NCBI GenBank assembly: GCA_964401845.1
Contig: CAYOAD010000003.1
Location: 1 to 55,525 of the forward strand
Length of the DNA: 55,525 nt
Source: an uncultured Rhodospirillaceae bacterium
Lineage (GTDB): Bacteria; Pseudomonadota; Alphaproteobacteria; UBA2966
Direction: 5' to 3'
The notes under the pieces are model-generated. The model searched no databases. It had not been told where the DNA came from and saw nothing but the letters and a program-made list of their open reading frames with translations. This document shows positions 1-10,353 of the stretch, one piece after another. Each line of letters starts with the position of its first letter. Position 1 is the stretch's first letter. The translations under genes were made by a program, and so were the position numbers.

Positions 1-150
1 ATAGGCGCCGATGGCAAAAAACCCCGCGACCCCGACATTGAACAGGCCGGTGAATCCCCACTGCATATTAAGGCCTAGGCAGGTGAGCGAATAGAACGAG
101 GCAATGATCAGGAAAAAGACCAGAAACGAGAGCACGTTGAGGAATTCCAT
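1..150 (-). CDS. livM: Branched-chain amino acid ABC transporter permease, LivM type. N-terminal 50 codons only; the gene runs off the window.
   Basis: Manual translation from ATG (150..148) gives MEFLNVLSFLVFFLIIASFYSLTCLGLNMQWGFTGLFNVGVAGFFAIGAY. The LNxQWGxxGLxxxG motif is typical of LivM. The start overlaps the upstream livH stop as TAATG. Confidence 0.85.
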   Translation of the reverse strand, partial: MEFLNVLSFLVFFLIIASFYSLTCLGLNMQWGFTGLFNVGVAGFFAIGAY

Positions 151-1042
151 TATTCGCGCTCCCCGATCAAACCCTGGGGCCGGACCAGCAGGACGATGAT
201 CATGATCATGAAGCTGACGGCGGCGCGGTAGGCCGAAAGCCCCATCGCCACGGCAAAGGCCTCGACCAGACCGATCACCAAAGCGCCCAGCACGGTGCCG
301 TAAAGATTGCCGACGCCGCCCAGGATCAGCGCGGCAAACATGGGCAGAAGAAGATCGAAACCCATTTCCGCCTTGACCTGCAGGATGTGGCCCTGAAGCG
401 TGCCGGCGATAACGGCAAGACTGGTGCCGACGATCCAGGTCAATCGGATGACGGCCCGGATGTCGATGCCGCTGATCCGCGCCAGGGTTGGATTCTCCGA
501 CGTCGCCCGCATCATCCGGCCCATGTTGGTACGGGTCAGAAAGAGGTGCAGTCCGACGACTGTGGTGGCCGCCAGAATGACGATGGCGATGTCGTCGGGC
601 ACCATGCGCGCACCGGGCAGAATTTCCACGGCGCGCGGGATATAGAAACTGAAATACTGGGGATCCCCGCCGGCCACCAGGTGGATCATGTTGCGCCCCA
701 TCAACGATATGCCGAAGGCCGCCATGATCAGCGTTATCCGGGAGGCATGCTTGTCGCGCAAAGGCCGGAAGACCAGAAGGTCGACGACCAGCACCACCAT
801 GGCGGTGCAGAGGATCGAGATCGGGATGGCGACCAGCAGCGGCCAGCCGAATTTGATCGGACCCATGGAACCGACGCCGGCGCCGATAAGGCTCACGGCG
901 GCGAGCGAGAAATAGCTGCCGGTCGAGAGGATTTCGCCGTGCGCAAAATTTGCGAAACGCAGCACGTTGTAGGTCATGCTCAGACCCAGTGCGCCCAAGG
1001 CGATCAACGAGGCACTCAGGATGCCGTCGGCGACATACTGCA

Positions 1043-1046
<4 letters not shown>
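150..1046 (-). CDS. livH: Branched-chain amino acid ABC transporter permease, LivH type
   Basis: 298-aa multi-TM protein (MMQYVADGILSASLIALGALGLSMTYNVLRFANFAHGE...). It has 4-nt overlaps with both neighbouring genes. Confidence 0.9.
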
Positions 1047-1782
<736 letters not shown>

Positions 1783-1786
<4 letters not shown>

Positions 1787-2550
1787 GCCGCCGGTTCCGT
1801 CATACTGCCGAGGAAGGCCTCCAACACCCGGGGATCGTTTTGCACCTGCTCGGCGTTGCCCTCCATCAGCAGCTGGCCCTGAGCCATGACCAGCACCGGA
1901 TCACACAAGCTCATCACCAGGTCCATGTTGTGTTCGATGATCAGGAAGGTCATGCCGCGCTTGTTCAGTTCGGAAATGCGGTCGACGATTTCGCCCAGCA
2001 AGGTCGGATTGACGCCGGCGCCCGGCTCGTCCAGCAGCATCATCTTGGGCTTGGACATCAAGGCCCGGCCCAATTCCAGGAGCTTCATCTGGCCGCCCGA
2101 CAGGTTGCCGGCGTGTTCGTCGGACAAGTGCGAGAGATTGAGAAATTCCATCACCTCAGCGGCTTCGTCCCGCAAGCGCGCTTCCTGGCGGCGAACCTCG
2201 GCCCGGTTGACCCAGTTGTTCCAGAAGCGCTCCCCCGCCTGCTCCTTCGGCACCATCATCAAATTTTCGAGAACGGTCATGCCGCCGAAGGGGCGCGGAA
2301 TCTGAAAAGTCCGCACCAGTCCCCGGGCGAACGTGTCGTGCGGCGCCAGGCTGGTTATGTCCTCGCCGTCGAATTCGATGCGGCCGCTGGTTACCGTGTG
2401 CGAGCCGGCGATCATGCTGAAAGTCGTGGTTTTGCCCGCGCCGTTGGGTCCGATCAGACCGCTGATGGTACCGCTGCGGATTTCGAACGAAACGCCGTCG
2501 ACGGCATGGAGGCCGCCGAAATTCTTAACAAGTTGGTCGACTTTCAGCAT
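1783..2550 (-). CDS. livG: ABC transporter ATP-binding protein, LivG type
   Basis: Walker A GPNGAGKTT, LSGGQMK, MMLLDEPGAG. The listed ORF runs to 2655, but the homologous region starts at MLKVDQLVKNFGG (ATG at 2550..2548). Confidence 0.88.
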
Positions 2551-2690
2551 TCGGACGTAACACTCCAGCCGGACTCGCGCGTCCGAACCAACCATTTGAC
2601 GCGTGACGGACGCCCCAAAATTGCTATAGCGTTTAAGGAACCTTTGCAATCGCAAACGGCTAAAAAGGGTAGATCAGGGAGAGGACGACC

Positions 2691-3986
2691 ATGAAAACGG
2701 ATATCCGCACTATTTGCGCCGTCACCGCCGGCGGCGTGTTGATGGCCGCCACGATGATGGCTAGCAGTGCCGCCTATGCCGCCTGCACCCACAAGGTGGG
2801 TTCGGTACTCTCGCTTACCGGTTCCTATGGCGCGTTCGGCGTACCGATCTCCAAGGCCGCCCAGCTGGGCGTGGAGCAGGTCAACGAGGCGCGCAAGGCC
2901 GCGGGCGTCGGCTGTGACCTCGTGTACGATGTCAGGGATTCGCAAACCCAGGCCTCCGTGGCCGTCGACGCTGCGCGCAAGCTCATCGATCTGGAAGGCG
3001 TCACGGCCCTGGTCGGCCCGATTTCATCGGGCATCACCGCCCCGCTGCTGACGTCCGTCACCGTCGAAAAGGACGTCGTGCTGATCGCCACGGCGTCGAC
3101 CTCGTCGACGTTCACCAACATGGGCCGGGAAGGCAAAACCAAGGGTCTGTTCTTCCGCACCTTGCCGGCCGATTCGCTGCAGGCCGTCGCGACCGCCAAA
3201 TTGGCCTGGGACACGGGATTGCGCAAACCCGGGATCATCCACCTCAACAACGACTGGGGTAAGAACAATCAGGCGGAATTCGTCCGCGCCTTCAAAGCGC
3301 TGGGCGGCGACATCGGCAACGTCGTGCCGTTCAATCCGGATCAACCGTCGTACCGTTCGGAAATCAACAAGGCCATGGAAGGCGGCCCCGACAGCCTTTA
3401 CCTCCTGAGCCAGCCGCAGGACGGCATCAAGCAGATGCGCGAGTGGATCAAGTTTGAGGGTCCGATGAAGTTCGTCTTCCCGCAGGGCATGAACGACAGC
3501 AAGTTCGTCGACACCGTCGGTTCCGATCTCCTGAAGGATGGCTGGTTCATCAGCCCGGGTACGCCGGACACGCCTTCGATCCACACCATGGAAGCGGATT
3601 ACCAGAAACGTTTCGATCTCAGCCCCAAAGGCCCGGGCCGCAATTCGGGCTATGATTCAGGCGTGCTGATTTCGCTGGCCATGGTGGCGGCCGATATTCG
3701 TGGCACAGATATCAAAGGCAGTACGCTGGCCAAGATCATCCGCGAAATTACCGGCAGCACCGGTGAAGTGGTCTACGCCGGCGTCGACGGCTTCAAGCAA
3801 GCCATCGGCCATCTCAAGGCCGGCAAGAAGATCCAGTACGTCGGCGCCACCGGTCCGATCAATTTCGATCAGTATGGCGATGTCGCGCAGCCGTTCGTCG
3901 GCATGAAGTTCAAGGGCGGCGAGTTCGTCAACGAAAAGTCGATCACCCTTGAGGATGTCGCAAAAGTGAAGGCGATGATCAAGTAG
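2691..3986 (+). CDS. Periplasmic substrate-binding protein, LivK/Leu-Ile-Val-binding family, with signal peptide
   Basis: N-terminal signal sequence (LMAATMMASSAAYA). The type I periplasmic binding-protein pattern and size (431 aa) fit. It is divergent from livGFHM. GGGAGAGG Shine-Dalgarno lies upstream. Confidence 0.8.
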   Translation: MKTDIRTICAVTAGGVLMAATMMASSAAYAACTHKVGSVLSLTGSYGAFGVPISKAAQLGVEQVNEARKAAGVGCDLVYDVRDSQTQASVAVDAARKLIDLEGVTALVGPISSGITAPLLTSVTVEKDVVLIATASTSSTFTNMGREGKTKGLFFRTLPADSLQAVATAKLAWDTGLRKPGIIHLNNDWGKNNQAEFVRAFKALGGDIGNVVPFNPDQPSYRSEINKAMEGGPDSLYLLSQPQDGIKQMREWIKFEGPMKFVFPQGMNDSKFVDTVGSDLLKDGWFISPGTPDTPSIHTMEADYQKRFDLSPKGPGRNSGYDSGVLISLAMVAADIRGTDIKGSTLAKIIREITGSTGEVVYAGVDGFKQAIGHLKAGKKIQYVGATGPINFDQYGDVAQPFVGMKFKGGEFVNEKSITLEDVAKVKAMIK

Positions 3987-4007
3987 ATCTCGCTCTCGAC
4001 GAAATCG

Positions 4008-4039
4008 GGGCCGGCCGGATCAAGCGGCCGGCCCTTTTT
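4008..4039 (+). terminator. Rho-independent terminator after the binding-protein gene
   Basis: Perfect 10-bp GC stem GGGCCGGCCG / CGGCCGGCCC, 7-nt loop, followed by TTTTT. Confidence 0.8.
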
Positions 4040-4051
4040 CGTGGACCAACC

Positions 4052-5071
4052 ATGACCGCACGTGTCGACACCTTCGAACTGGCGCCGGGATACCGGATTT
4101 CGCGGCTTGTCCATGGCGGCTGGCAGACCCAAGGGCTGGACCGTGAGGCGGCCCTGCGGTCGTTGCACGATCACGCGGACGCCGGCATCACGGCGTTTGA
4201 AACATCGGACAGCTACCCGGGCGGCGAGAAATTGCTGGGCCGCTTCCGGCGCGAGCGCCCGGGCGAGGCCATCCGCATCCACACCCGCTATTCGCCTGGC
4301 GCCGACGACCCGCCGCCTGCCGGGGAAGATATTGCAGCCGCCGTCGACCGCTCTTTGGAAAAACTCGGCACGGCGCAAATTGATCTGCTGCAACTGCAAT
4401 GGTGGCGGTCCGGCCCGGCGGGATCAATCAAGGTGCTCGAAACGCTGCGGGATTTGCGGGCGGCGGGAAAAATCCGTCATCTCGGCGTGACGAACTTCAG
4501 CACCGCCATGCTTGCCGACGCATTGTCCGCTGACATGCCCATTGTCAGCAACCAGGTGCAATATTCGCTGATCGACCGCCGCGCGGAAAATTCATTGGTC
4601 GATCTCTGCCGAGCCCGGAAGATCGCTATTTTGGGCTACGGCCCACTTTGCGGCGGTTTCCTTGGACCGAAATGGTTGGAAAAATCCGATCCGCGATCAT
4701 TGGCCGGTACGGACCACAGCCGCGAGTACCGACTCATGATCGACCTGTTCGGCGGCTGGGAACTCTATCGGGAATTGCTCGGCGTCCTCGCCGCCATCGC
4801 CGAAAAACACCGCGTCGGCATTCCCGCCGTCGCGGCCCGCTGGGTGTTGGAGCGGCCAGGCGTCGGAGCGGCCCTGATGGGAGCGTCGAATGCCCGCAAT
4901 CTGGCGGCCAATCTTGAGCTCTTCTCGCTGCAGCTGGATGATGCCGAGCGCGCCGCAATTGACGAAATTCTCGGTCGTGGTGTAGAGCCGACGGGCGATC
5001 CCGGTGAATTGGAACGTGATCCGAAAGGCCCCATGCAGCGCCTGATCGGGACTTCCCGGCCGGAGAACTAG
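4052..5071 (+). CDS. Aldo/keto reductase family oxidoreductase
   Basis: AKR pattern with GVTNFS and QVQYSLIDRRAE motifs. It is a paralogue of the convergent gene 5068..6111. Confidence 0.85.
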   Translation: MTARVDTFELAPGYRISRLVHGGWQTQGLDREAALRSLHDHADAGITAFETSDSYPGGEKLLGRFRRERPGEAIRIHTRYSPGADDPPPAGEDIAAAVDRSLEKLGTAQIDLLQLQWWRSGPAGSIKVLETLRDLRAAGKIRHLGVTNFSTAMLADALSADMPIVSNQVQYSLIDRRAENSLVDLCRARKIAILGYGPLCGGFLGPKWLEKSDPRSLAGTDHSREYRLMIDLFGGWELYRELLGVLAAIAEKHRVGIPAVAARWVLERPGVGAALMGASNARNLAANLELFSLQLDDAERAAIDEILGRGVEPTGDPGELERDPKGPMQRLIGTSRPEN

Positions 5072-6111
5072 ACCCTGTCGTCGTTGAGATTGTACTTCAT
5101 GATGCGGCCGTGGCGGCCTGTCTTGTCGCGCTCCAGATCGAAGCAATCGCCCAACGGGCCCGTGCGCCGGTCGGTCACCAAGGCTATTTCCGCCTCATCC
5201 TCGGGCGTCAGAACGAAATCAAAAAGCCTTAGGTTCTCATCCAGGTGCCGGACCGAGGTCGCACCGACGATGGCGCCGGCGACCTGGGGCCGGTCCAGAA
5301 CCCAGCGCACCGCCACCTGGGCAATGCTTGAACCGTGGCGGTCGCCGACGTTCTTCAGGGCCTGAAGCAATTCCTGGAAAAGCGCCCAGCCGCCGAAATC
5401 CTCGATGATGAGTTTGTATTTGGTGAGGGAGCGGTTGCTGAACGCCTCCGTGGGCTCAGGCTTACCGAGCCAGCCGTCCGAGAGAAAGCCGCCGGCCAGG
5501 GAGCCGTAACACAACAGCTGGATACCGTTCTCCCGGCAGAAATTGACGGTGACGTTTTCTGCCCGCCGGTCCAGCACCGAATACTGCAGCTGATTGGTCA
5601 GCATGGGAAATCCAGCTTCCTTCAGTTCCGCCATGATTTCCGCATTGAAGTTGGTCACCGACAATTCGGCGATCTTGCCTTTGTCCTGGAGCGCCTTCAG
5701 CGTCATGGCGGTGTCGATGTAGCGCGGGACGTCGGTGTCCCACCAGCAGTACTGCACCATGTCGAGGCAATCCATTCCCAGCCGCTGCAGAGAGCGGTCG
5801 ATGATGCCCTCGGTGTAGGCGGCGTCCGCCGTCGCCATGATGTCGTAGTCGGGCACGTGTTTGGTGTGCACCCGGATACCCTTGGCCAACGAGGGATAGG
5901 CGCGGCGGAAGTCGCCGATCAGTTCTTCCACGCCGGTGTAGATGTCGGCGCAATCGAACGTCGTGATGCCCGCTTCGACAAACGCCGCCATGTCCTTGAC
6001 CGCTTGGCCCCGGTCGATGTCGCCGTGGTCGCCCGCCAGGTGCCAGCCGCCCTTGAGAATGCGCGAGATATCGTAGCCGGGCTTGAGTTCGGCGCGCTCG
6101 ACCGAGGCCAT
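5068..6111 (-). CDS. Aldo/keto reductase family oxidoreductase
   Basis: Homologous region begins at MASVERAELKPGYDISRILKGGW (ATG 6111..6109), which overlaps the upstream stop as ATGA. The listed ORF start at 6327 is an R/P-rich extension overlapping the upstream gene. Confidence 0.85.
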   Translation of the reverse strand: MASVERAELKPGYDISRILKGGWHLAGDHGDIDRGQAVKDMAAFVEAGITTFDCADIYTGVEELIGDFRRAYPSLAKGIRVHTKHVPDYDIMATADAAYTEGIIDRSLQRLGMDCLDMVQYCWWDTDVPRYIDTAMTLKALQDKGKIAELSVTNFNAEIMAELKEAGFPMLTNQLQYSVLDRRAENVTVNFCRENGIQLLCYGSLAGGFLSDGWLGKPEPTEAFSNRSLTKYKLIIEDFGGWALFQELLQALKNVGDRHGSSIAQVAVRWVLDRPQVAGAIVGATSVRHLDENLRLFDFVLTPEDEAEIALVTDRRTGPLGDCFDLERDKTGRHGRIMKYNLNDDRV

Positions 6112-6467
6112 CAATCCGCCTCTTCCGGGGTGGGGGGCAGCGGCACGGCTGTAGTCTCCGAATGCTTGAAGGTGCGGGTGCCGGTGCGGCTGATGCGGAA
6201 ACGCGAACCGCAGCTCGGGTCGGGACATGCGATTTCGGCGTCCGTCGTCATCCAGTCGTTCTGGTGGGTCTCGCGCTGCTTGGCCGGCAGCAGCGGCAAC
6301 AACGCCGCCAGGGTGTACATCGACCACTTGGTATCCGGCCCGAAATCGATGTGCTCGCCTTCAAGGGTGAAATGGTCCCCTTCCTTGGCGCCGCACCAGC
6401 AGGGTTTGTCGCCGGCCAGCCACTCGATCTTCAGATCATAAAGCGTGAAGCTTTCGTCCCGTGCCAT
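6111..6467 (-). CDS. Small Cys-rich protein resembling the TIGR04076 family, function unknown
   Basis: 118 aa. Motifs CWCGAKEGDHF, LLPLLPAKQR, DWMTTDAEIACPDPSCGSRF as I remember for TIGR04076-type proteins. Translationally coupled to the AKR. Confidence 0.7.
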   Translation of the reverse strand: MARDESFTLYDLKIEWLAGDKPCWCGAKEGDHFTLEGEHIDFGPDTKWSMYTLAALLPLLPAKQRETHQNDWMTTDAEIACPDPSCGSRFRISRTGTRTFKHSETTAVPLPPTPEEAD

Positions 6468-6556
6468 TCAAGTCGTCCCCTCGGCAATCTTTGCGCAAAC
6501 GCGCGATGCCTCTACACTATGGCAGTTTAATTCCATCCGCAAAGGACCTCCCCCAT

Positions 6557-6943
6557 ATGGCCCGTCAGCACATCTTCACCGGCTCCAAGTTCGAGGAACT
6601 CGCCGGCTACGCCCGCGCCGTCATCGACGGCGACTGGGTTTTCGTCTCCGGTTCCTCCGGCCACGATCCCAAAACCGGAGAGATCGCCGAAGATATCGAA
6701 GGCCAGACACGCCAGGTGCTGCAGAACATCGAGGACGCCCTGACCGAGGCCCAGTCAGGCTACGCCGACGTCGTCCGCGTCCGCGTCTTCGTTAGCGAGC
6801 GCGACTATGTCTGGCCGGTCTCGGCGCAGCTGAAGGAGATCTTCGACAAGATCCGCCCGGCCAACACGACGCTCGTCACCCAGTTCGCCGACCCGGCCAT
6901 GAAGGTTGAGATCGAGGTTACCGCCCTGCGCCAGCACGACTAG
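6557..6943 (+). CDS. RidA/YjgF/UK114 family reactive-intermediate deaminase
   Basis: MARQHIFTGSKFEELAGYARAVIDGDWVFVSGSSG...VRVRVFV...EIEVTA. The ATG at 6557 is preferred over the listed start at 6461. Confidence 0.8.
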   Translation: MARQHIFTGSKFEELAGYARAVIDGDWVFVSGSSGHDPKTGEIAEDIEGQTRQVLQNIEDALTEAQSGYADVVRVRVFVSERDYVWPVSAQLKEIFDKIRPANTTLVTQFADPAMKVEIEVTALRQHD

Positions 6944-6946
6944 AGC

Positions 6947-8251
6947 ATGTCCACCCTGCCCGTTCCGTCAGACGTACTGTGGCACGCCACCGCCGGTGAC
7001 ATGCCCAAACGCCCCACGTTGCATAGCGATCTGGACACGGATGTCGCCGTAATCGGCGGCGGTTTCCTGGGCTGTTCGACGGCGCTTCATCTGGCCGCGC
7101 GCGGCATCTCCGTCGTACTGCTGGAGCAGGGCGGCATCGCCTGGGGCGCGTCGGGCCGCAATGCCGGCGTCGTGGCGCCCATGCTGGCCCGCGGCGATCC
7201 GGACGACGTGGTCGCCAAGCTCGGCGAGGATGCCGGCGGCCGCCTCAACGCTATCGTTGCGGGCGCAGGCGATCTGGTGTTCGAACTGGCCCGCCGTCAC
7301 GCTATCGACTGCGACGCCGAACAGACCGGCTTTCTGCAACCGGCCCACGCCGCCGTCGCGCTGACGCCGCTGGAACGGCGCTTCGGGCAATGGCAAAAAC
7401 GCGGCAAAAAGGTCGAGCTGCTGGACCGCGCTCACACCGCCCAGGCCACGGGCAGCGACATCTTTGCCGGCGCCCTGCTTGATCATTCCGGCGGACAGAT
7501 CAATCCCGTCAAATTCACGCAGGGTCTGGCGGCGGCGGCGGAAAATGCCGGCGTCCGGATTTTCGAGGACGTCGCCGTCACCGGCCTCGATCAGACCGCC
7601 GATGGCTGGCTGCTGCGGACGCCGCGGGGAAACGTCAAGGCCGCCAAGGCCCTGATGGCGACGAATGCGTTGACGGGTTCCCTGTGGCCGCGGCTGCACC
7701 GCTCCCTCATGCCGCTCACCGTTCATCAGCTGGCCACCAAGCCGGTCGGCGAAGCCGTCACCAAACGGATCCTGCCGGGGCGCCAGGCCGCCACCGACAC
7801 CAGCGGCCATCCCTTTTCGTTCCGCTACGACGCCGTCAACCGCCTCATCAGCGCCGCCGTTTCGATGGTGCCGTATGGCGCGAAGGCACGCATGTCCCGC
7901 CTGATCCGGGAGAACCTGGCCCGGCGACTCCAACTGTCCGAAGTGCCGGAGGAGGACTACATCTGGTCCGGCACGGCGGCCCTAACGAATGATTTCCTGC
8001 CGCGCCTGCATGAACTTGGCCCCGGTCTGTTGGCCGCGATCGGCTGCAACGGCCGCGGCATCGCGCTCTGCACGGCCCTGGGGCCGGCGCTGGCGGGATT
8101 GCTGGCCGAGGACGGCGAGCCCTCGCCGCTGCCCTATTCGGCGGTCGAGCCGATCAGCGGTTACTTTCTGAAACGCCACGGGCCGCGTATATACATGCCT
8201 TGGGCAAACTGGAAAGATGCCCGCGACAAAGCGAGGAACGGACGCGCGTGA
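6947..8251 (+). CDS. FAD-dependent oxidoreductase, DAO / amine-oxidase-like family
   Basis: N-terminal dinucleotide fold VAVIGGGFLGCSTALHLAARG...E. 434 aa. It starts 3 nt after the RidA stop. Confidence 0.8.
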   Translation: MSTLPVPSDVLWHATAGDMPKRPTLHSDLDTDVAVIGGGFLGCSTALHLAARGISVVLLEQGGIAWGASGRNAGVVAPMLARGDPDDVVAKLGEDAGGRLNAIVAGAGDLVFELARRHAIDCDAEQTGFLQPAHAAVALTPLERRFGQWQKRGKKVELLDRAHTAQATGSDIFAGALLDHSGGQINPVKFTQGLAAAAENAGVRIFEDVAVTGLDQTADGWLLRTPRGNVKAAKALMATNALTGSLWPRLHRSLMPLTVHQLATKPVGEAVTKRILPGRQAATDTSGHPFSFRYDAVNRLISAAVSMVPYGAKARMSRLIRENLARRLQLSEVPEEDYIWSGTAALTNDFLPRLHELGPGLLAAIGCNGRGIALCTALGPALAGLLAEDGEPSPLPYSAVEPISGYFLKRHGPRIYMPWANWKDARDKARNGRA

Positions 8252-10353
8252 CCTACAGAGTTGGCATCGATATCGGCGGCACTTTCACGGATTTCGCCCT
8301 GCTGTCCGAGGACGACCACCGCCTCGTCATCCACAAACAGCTGACGACACCCGCCGATCCCTCGCAATCGGTGCTGACAGGTCTTGAAGCCTTGTTGGAA
8401 AAAGCCGGGGTGGCCTTGCCGTCGGTCCATGTCATCGCCCACGGCACGACCCTGGTCACCAATTCCCTGATCGAGCGGCGCGGCGCGGTGACGGGTGTGC
8501 TTTGCACGGCGGGCTTCGCCGACGTTTTCGACATCGCGCGCGAACGGCGTTACGACATGTACGATCTTACCATCGCCTACCCGCCGCCGCTGACGCCGCC
8601 GCATCTTAGGGCCGAAATCAATGAACGGATGGCCGCCGACGGCAGCGTTTCGGCACCACTGGACGGCGCCGAGGTGCGCCGCGAGGTCGCCGCGATGGTC
8701 GCCGATCATGGCCTCGAAGCCTTGGCCGTCTGCTTCCTCAACAGCCCGGCCAATCCCGACCACGAGCTGGCGGCGGCCGACATCATCGCAAGTGACTTCC
8801 CCGACCTCTACGTCTCCACCTCAGCGGACGTTTTTCCGTTTTTGCGCGAATACGAACGCTGGACGACGACCGCGATGAACGCCTTCACCGGGCCGATGTT
8901 CGACCGTTACCTCGACAAGCTGGAGCAGGGCCTGAAAGGGCGCGGTTTCGAGGGCGCCTTCTACATCATGTCGTCGTCGGGTGGCACCGTGACGTTGGAC
9001 ACGGCACGCAAATATCCGGTGCGCATGTTGGAATCCGGCCCCGCCGCCGGCGTGCTGCAGTCGGCCATGCTGGGCAAACAACTGGAGCGCCCCAACCTGC
9101 TCTCCTACGACATGGGCGGCACCACGGCCAAGGGCGCGCTGATCCGTGACGGCGAAGCGCTCAAACGCTACGAACTGGAAGTCGCCCGCGTCCACGAGTT
9201 CAAAATGGGCAGCGGCCTGCCCGCCAAGATCCCCGTCATCGACCTGATCGAGATCGGCTCCGGCGGCGGTTCCATCGCCGCCATCGACCAGCGCGGCACG
9301 GTGCGCGTCGGACCGCACAGCGCCGGCGCCGATCCGGGACCGGTGTGTTACGGCCAGGGCGGGGAGGAACCGACGCTGACCGACGCCAACCTGTGTCTCG
9401 GTTACCTTGATCCGGCATTCTTCCTGGGCGGCGAGATGACGCTGGACAAGGACGGCGCGGTCCGGGTGATCGGCCGCGTCGTCGCCGAGCCGCTCGACGT
9501 CTCCACCGAGCGCGCCGCCTGGGGCATCCATGAATCGGTCAACGAGGACATCAGCCGCGCCTTCCGCAACCACGCCTCGGAACGGGGGTTCGACTACCGC
9601 GCTTGCGCCATGACGGCATTCGGGGGGTCCGGGCCGGCCCATGCTTGCCGGGTGGCGCGCAAACTGCGGGTGCCCGTCGTGATCTTTCCCGTCGGCGCCG
9701 GCGTCATGTCGGCGGTTGGTTTGCTGGCCAGCCCCTTGTCTTTTGAAATCCTGCGCTCGGAACGCCTGGCCGCGGCCGATCTCGACGTCGCCGCGCTGGC
9801 CGCGCGTTTCGCGGCGCTGTCGGCGGAGGCGGCGGAACATCTGAAAGAGGCCGGGCTCGGGCTCGACGATCTCACCGTGGTGCGGCGGCTCGACATGCGC
9901 TACCAGGGCCAGGGCTCGGAAATCGAGGTCACCTTGCCGCCGGGCGACGACGACGACGCGGTCGCCGCCCTGCCTACGCTTTTCGCTGAGGCCTACGCCC
10001 GTATCTTCTCCAAAAGCTTCCCCTCGGAGCCCGTCGAGATCATCAACTGGAAGGCCGAGGTCATCGGCCCCGCCCCGCCGGGCGTCGGCGATTACGTGCT
10101 GGACGCGGGTTCGGCTTCCCAGGCTATCAAGGGCACACGCCGGGCTTACGTGCCCGACCGCAATGAGTTTGACGACTGCCCGGTCTATGACCGCTACGCC
10201 CTCAATCCCGGCGACCGCTTCACCGGCCCGGCGCTGGTGGAGGAACGCGAATCGACCTACGTCGTGGGCGACGGCGACGAGGTTGAGGTGGACGACCACG
10301 GCAACCTGATCGTCAGCATCGCCGGATCCACAACGGAGGGAGACCGGGCATGA
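8248..10353 (+). CDS. hyuA: Hydantoinase/oxoprolinase A-type subunit (HyuA family, ATP-dependent)
   Basis: YRVGIDIGGTFTDF N-terminus and DMGGTTAK motif. The GTG start at 8248 overlaps the upstream TGA as GTGA. The listed start at 8200 lies inside the previous gene. Confidence 0.85.
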   Translation: MTYRVGIDIGGTFTDFALLSEDDHRLVIHKQLTTPADPSQSVLTGLEALLEKAGVALPSVHVIAHGTTLVTNSLIERRGAVTGVLCTAGFADVFDIARERRYDMYDLTIAYPPPLTPPHLRAEINERMAADGSVSAPLDGAEVRREVAAMVADHGLEALAVCFLNSPANPDHELAAADIIASDFPDLYVSTSADVFPFLREYERWTTTAMNAFTGPMFDRYLDKLEQGLKGRGFEGAFYIMSSSGGTVTLDTARKYPVRMLESGPAAGVLQSAMLGKQLERPNLLSYDMGGTTAKGALIRDGEALKRYELEVARVHEFKMGSGLPAKIPVIDLIEIGSGGGSIAAIDQRGTVRVGPHSAGADPGPVCYGQGGEEPTLTDANLCLGYLDPAFFLGGEMTLDKDGAVRVIGRVVAEPLDVSTERAAWGIHESVNEDISRAFRNHASERGFDYRACAMTAFGGSGPAHACRVARKLRVPVVIFPVGAGVMSAVGLLASPLSFEILRSERLAAADLDVAALAARFAALSAEAAEHLKEAGLGLDDLTVVRRLDMRYQGQGSEIEVTLPPGDDDDAVAALPTLFAEAYARIFSKSFPSEPVEIINWKAEVIGPAPPGVGDYVLDAGSASQAIKGTRRAYVPDRNEFDDCPVYDRYALNPGDRFTGPALVEERESTYVVGDGDEVEVDDHGNLIVSIAGSTTEGDRA

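Noticed and set aside
2643-2656. TTTGC-AATC-GCAAA inverted repeat upstream of the binding-protein gene, considered as an FNR/FixK-type box
   Set aside because: The core reads TTGC-N4-GCAA, with spacing 2 nt shorter than TTG-N8-CAA, so it does not fit CRP/FNR geometry. It may still be an unrelated regulator site, but I cannot support a call.
5068-6327. Long N-terminal extensions in the ORF track (5068..6327, 17966..18982, 40819..42267, 52808..54181, 1783..2655 and others)
   Set aside because: The extensions overlap the upstream gene, are R/P/G-rich, and precede internal ATG/GTG codons. Those internal codons coincide with ATGA/GTGA stop-start overlaps or good Shine-Dalgarno spacing and with the beginning of the homologous region.
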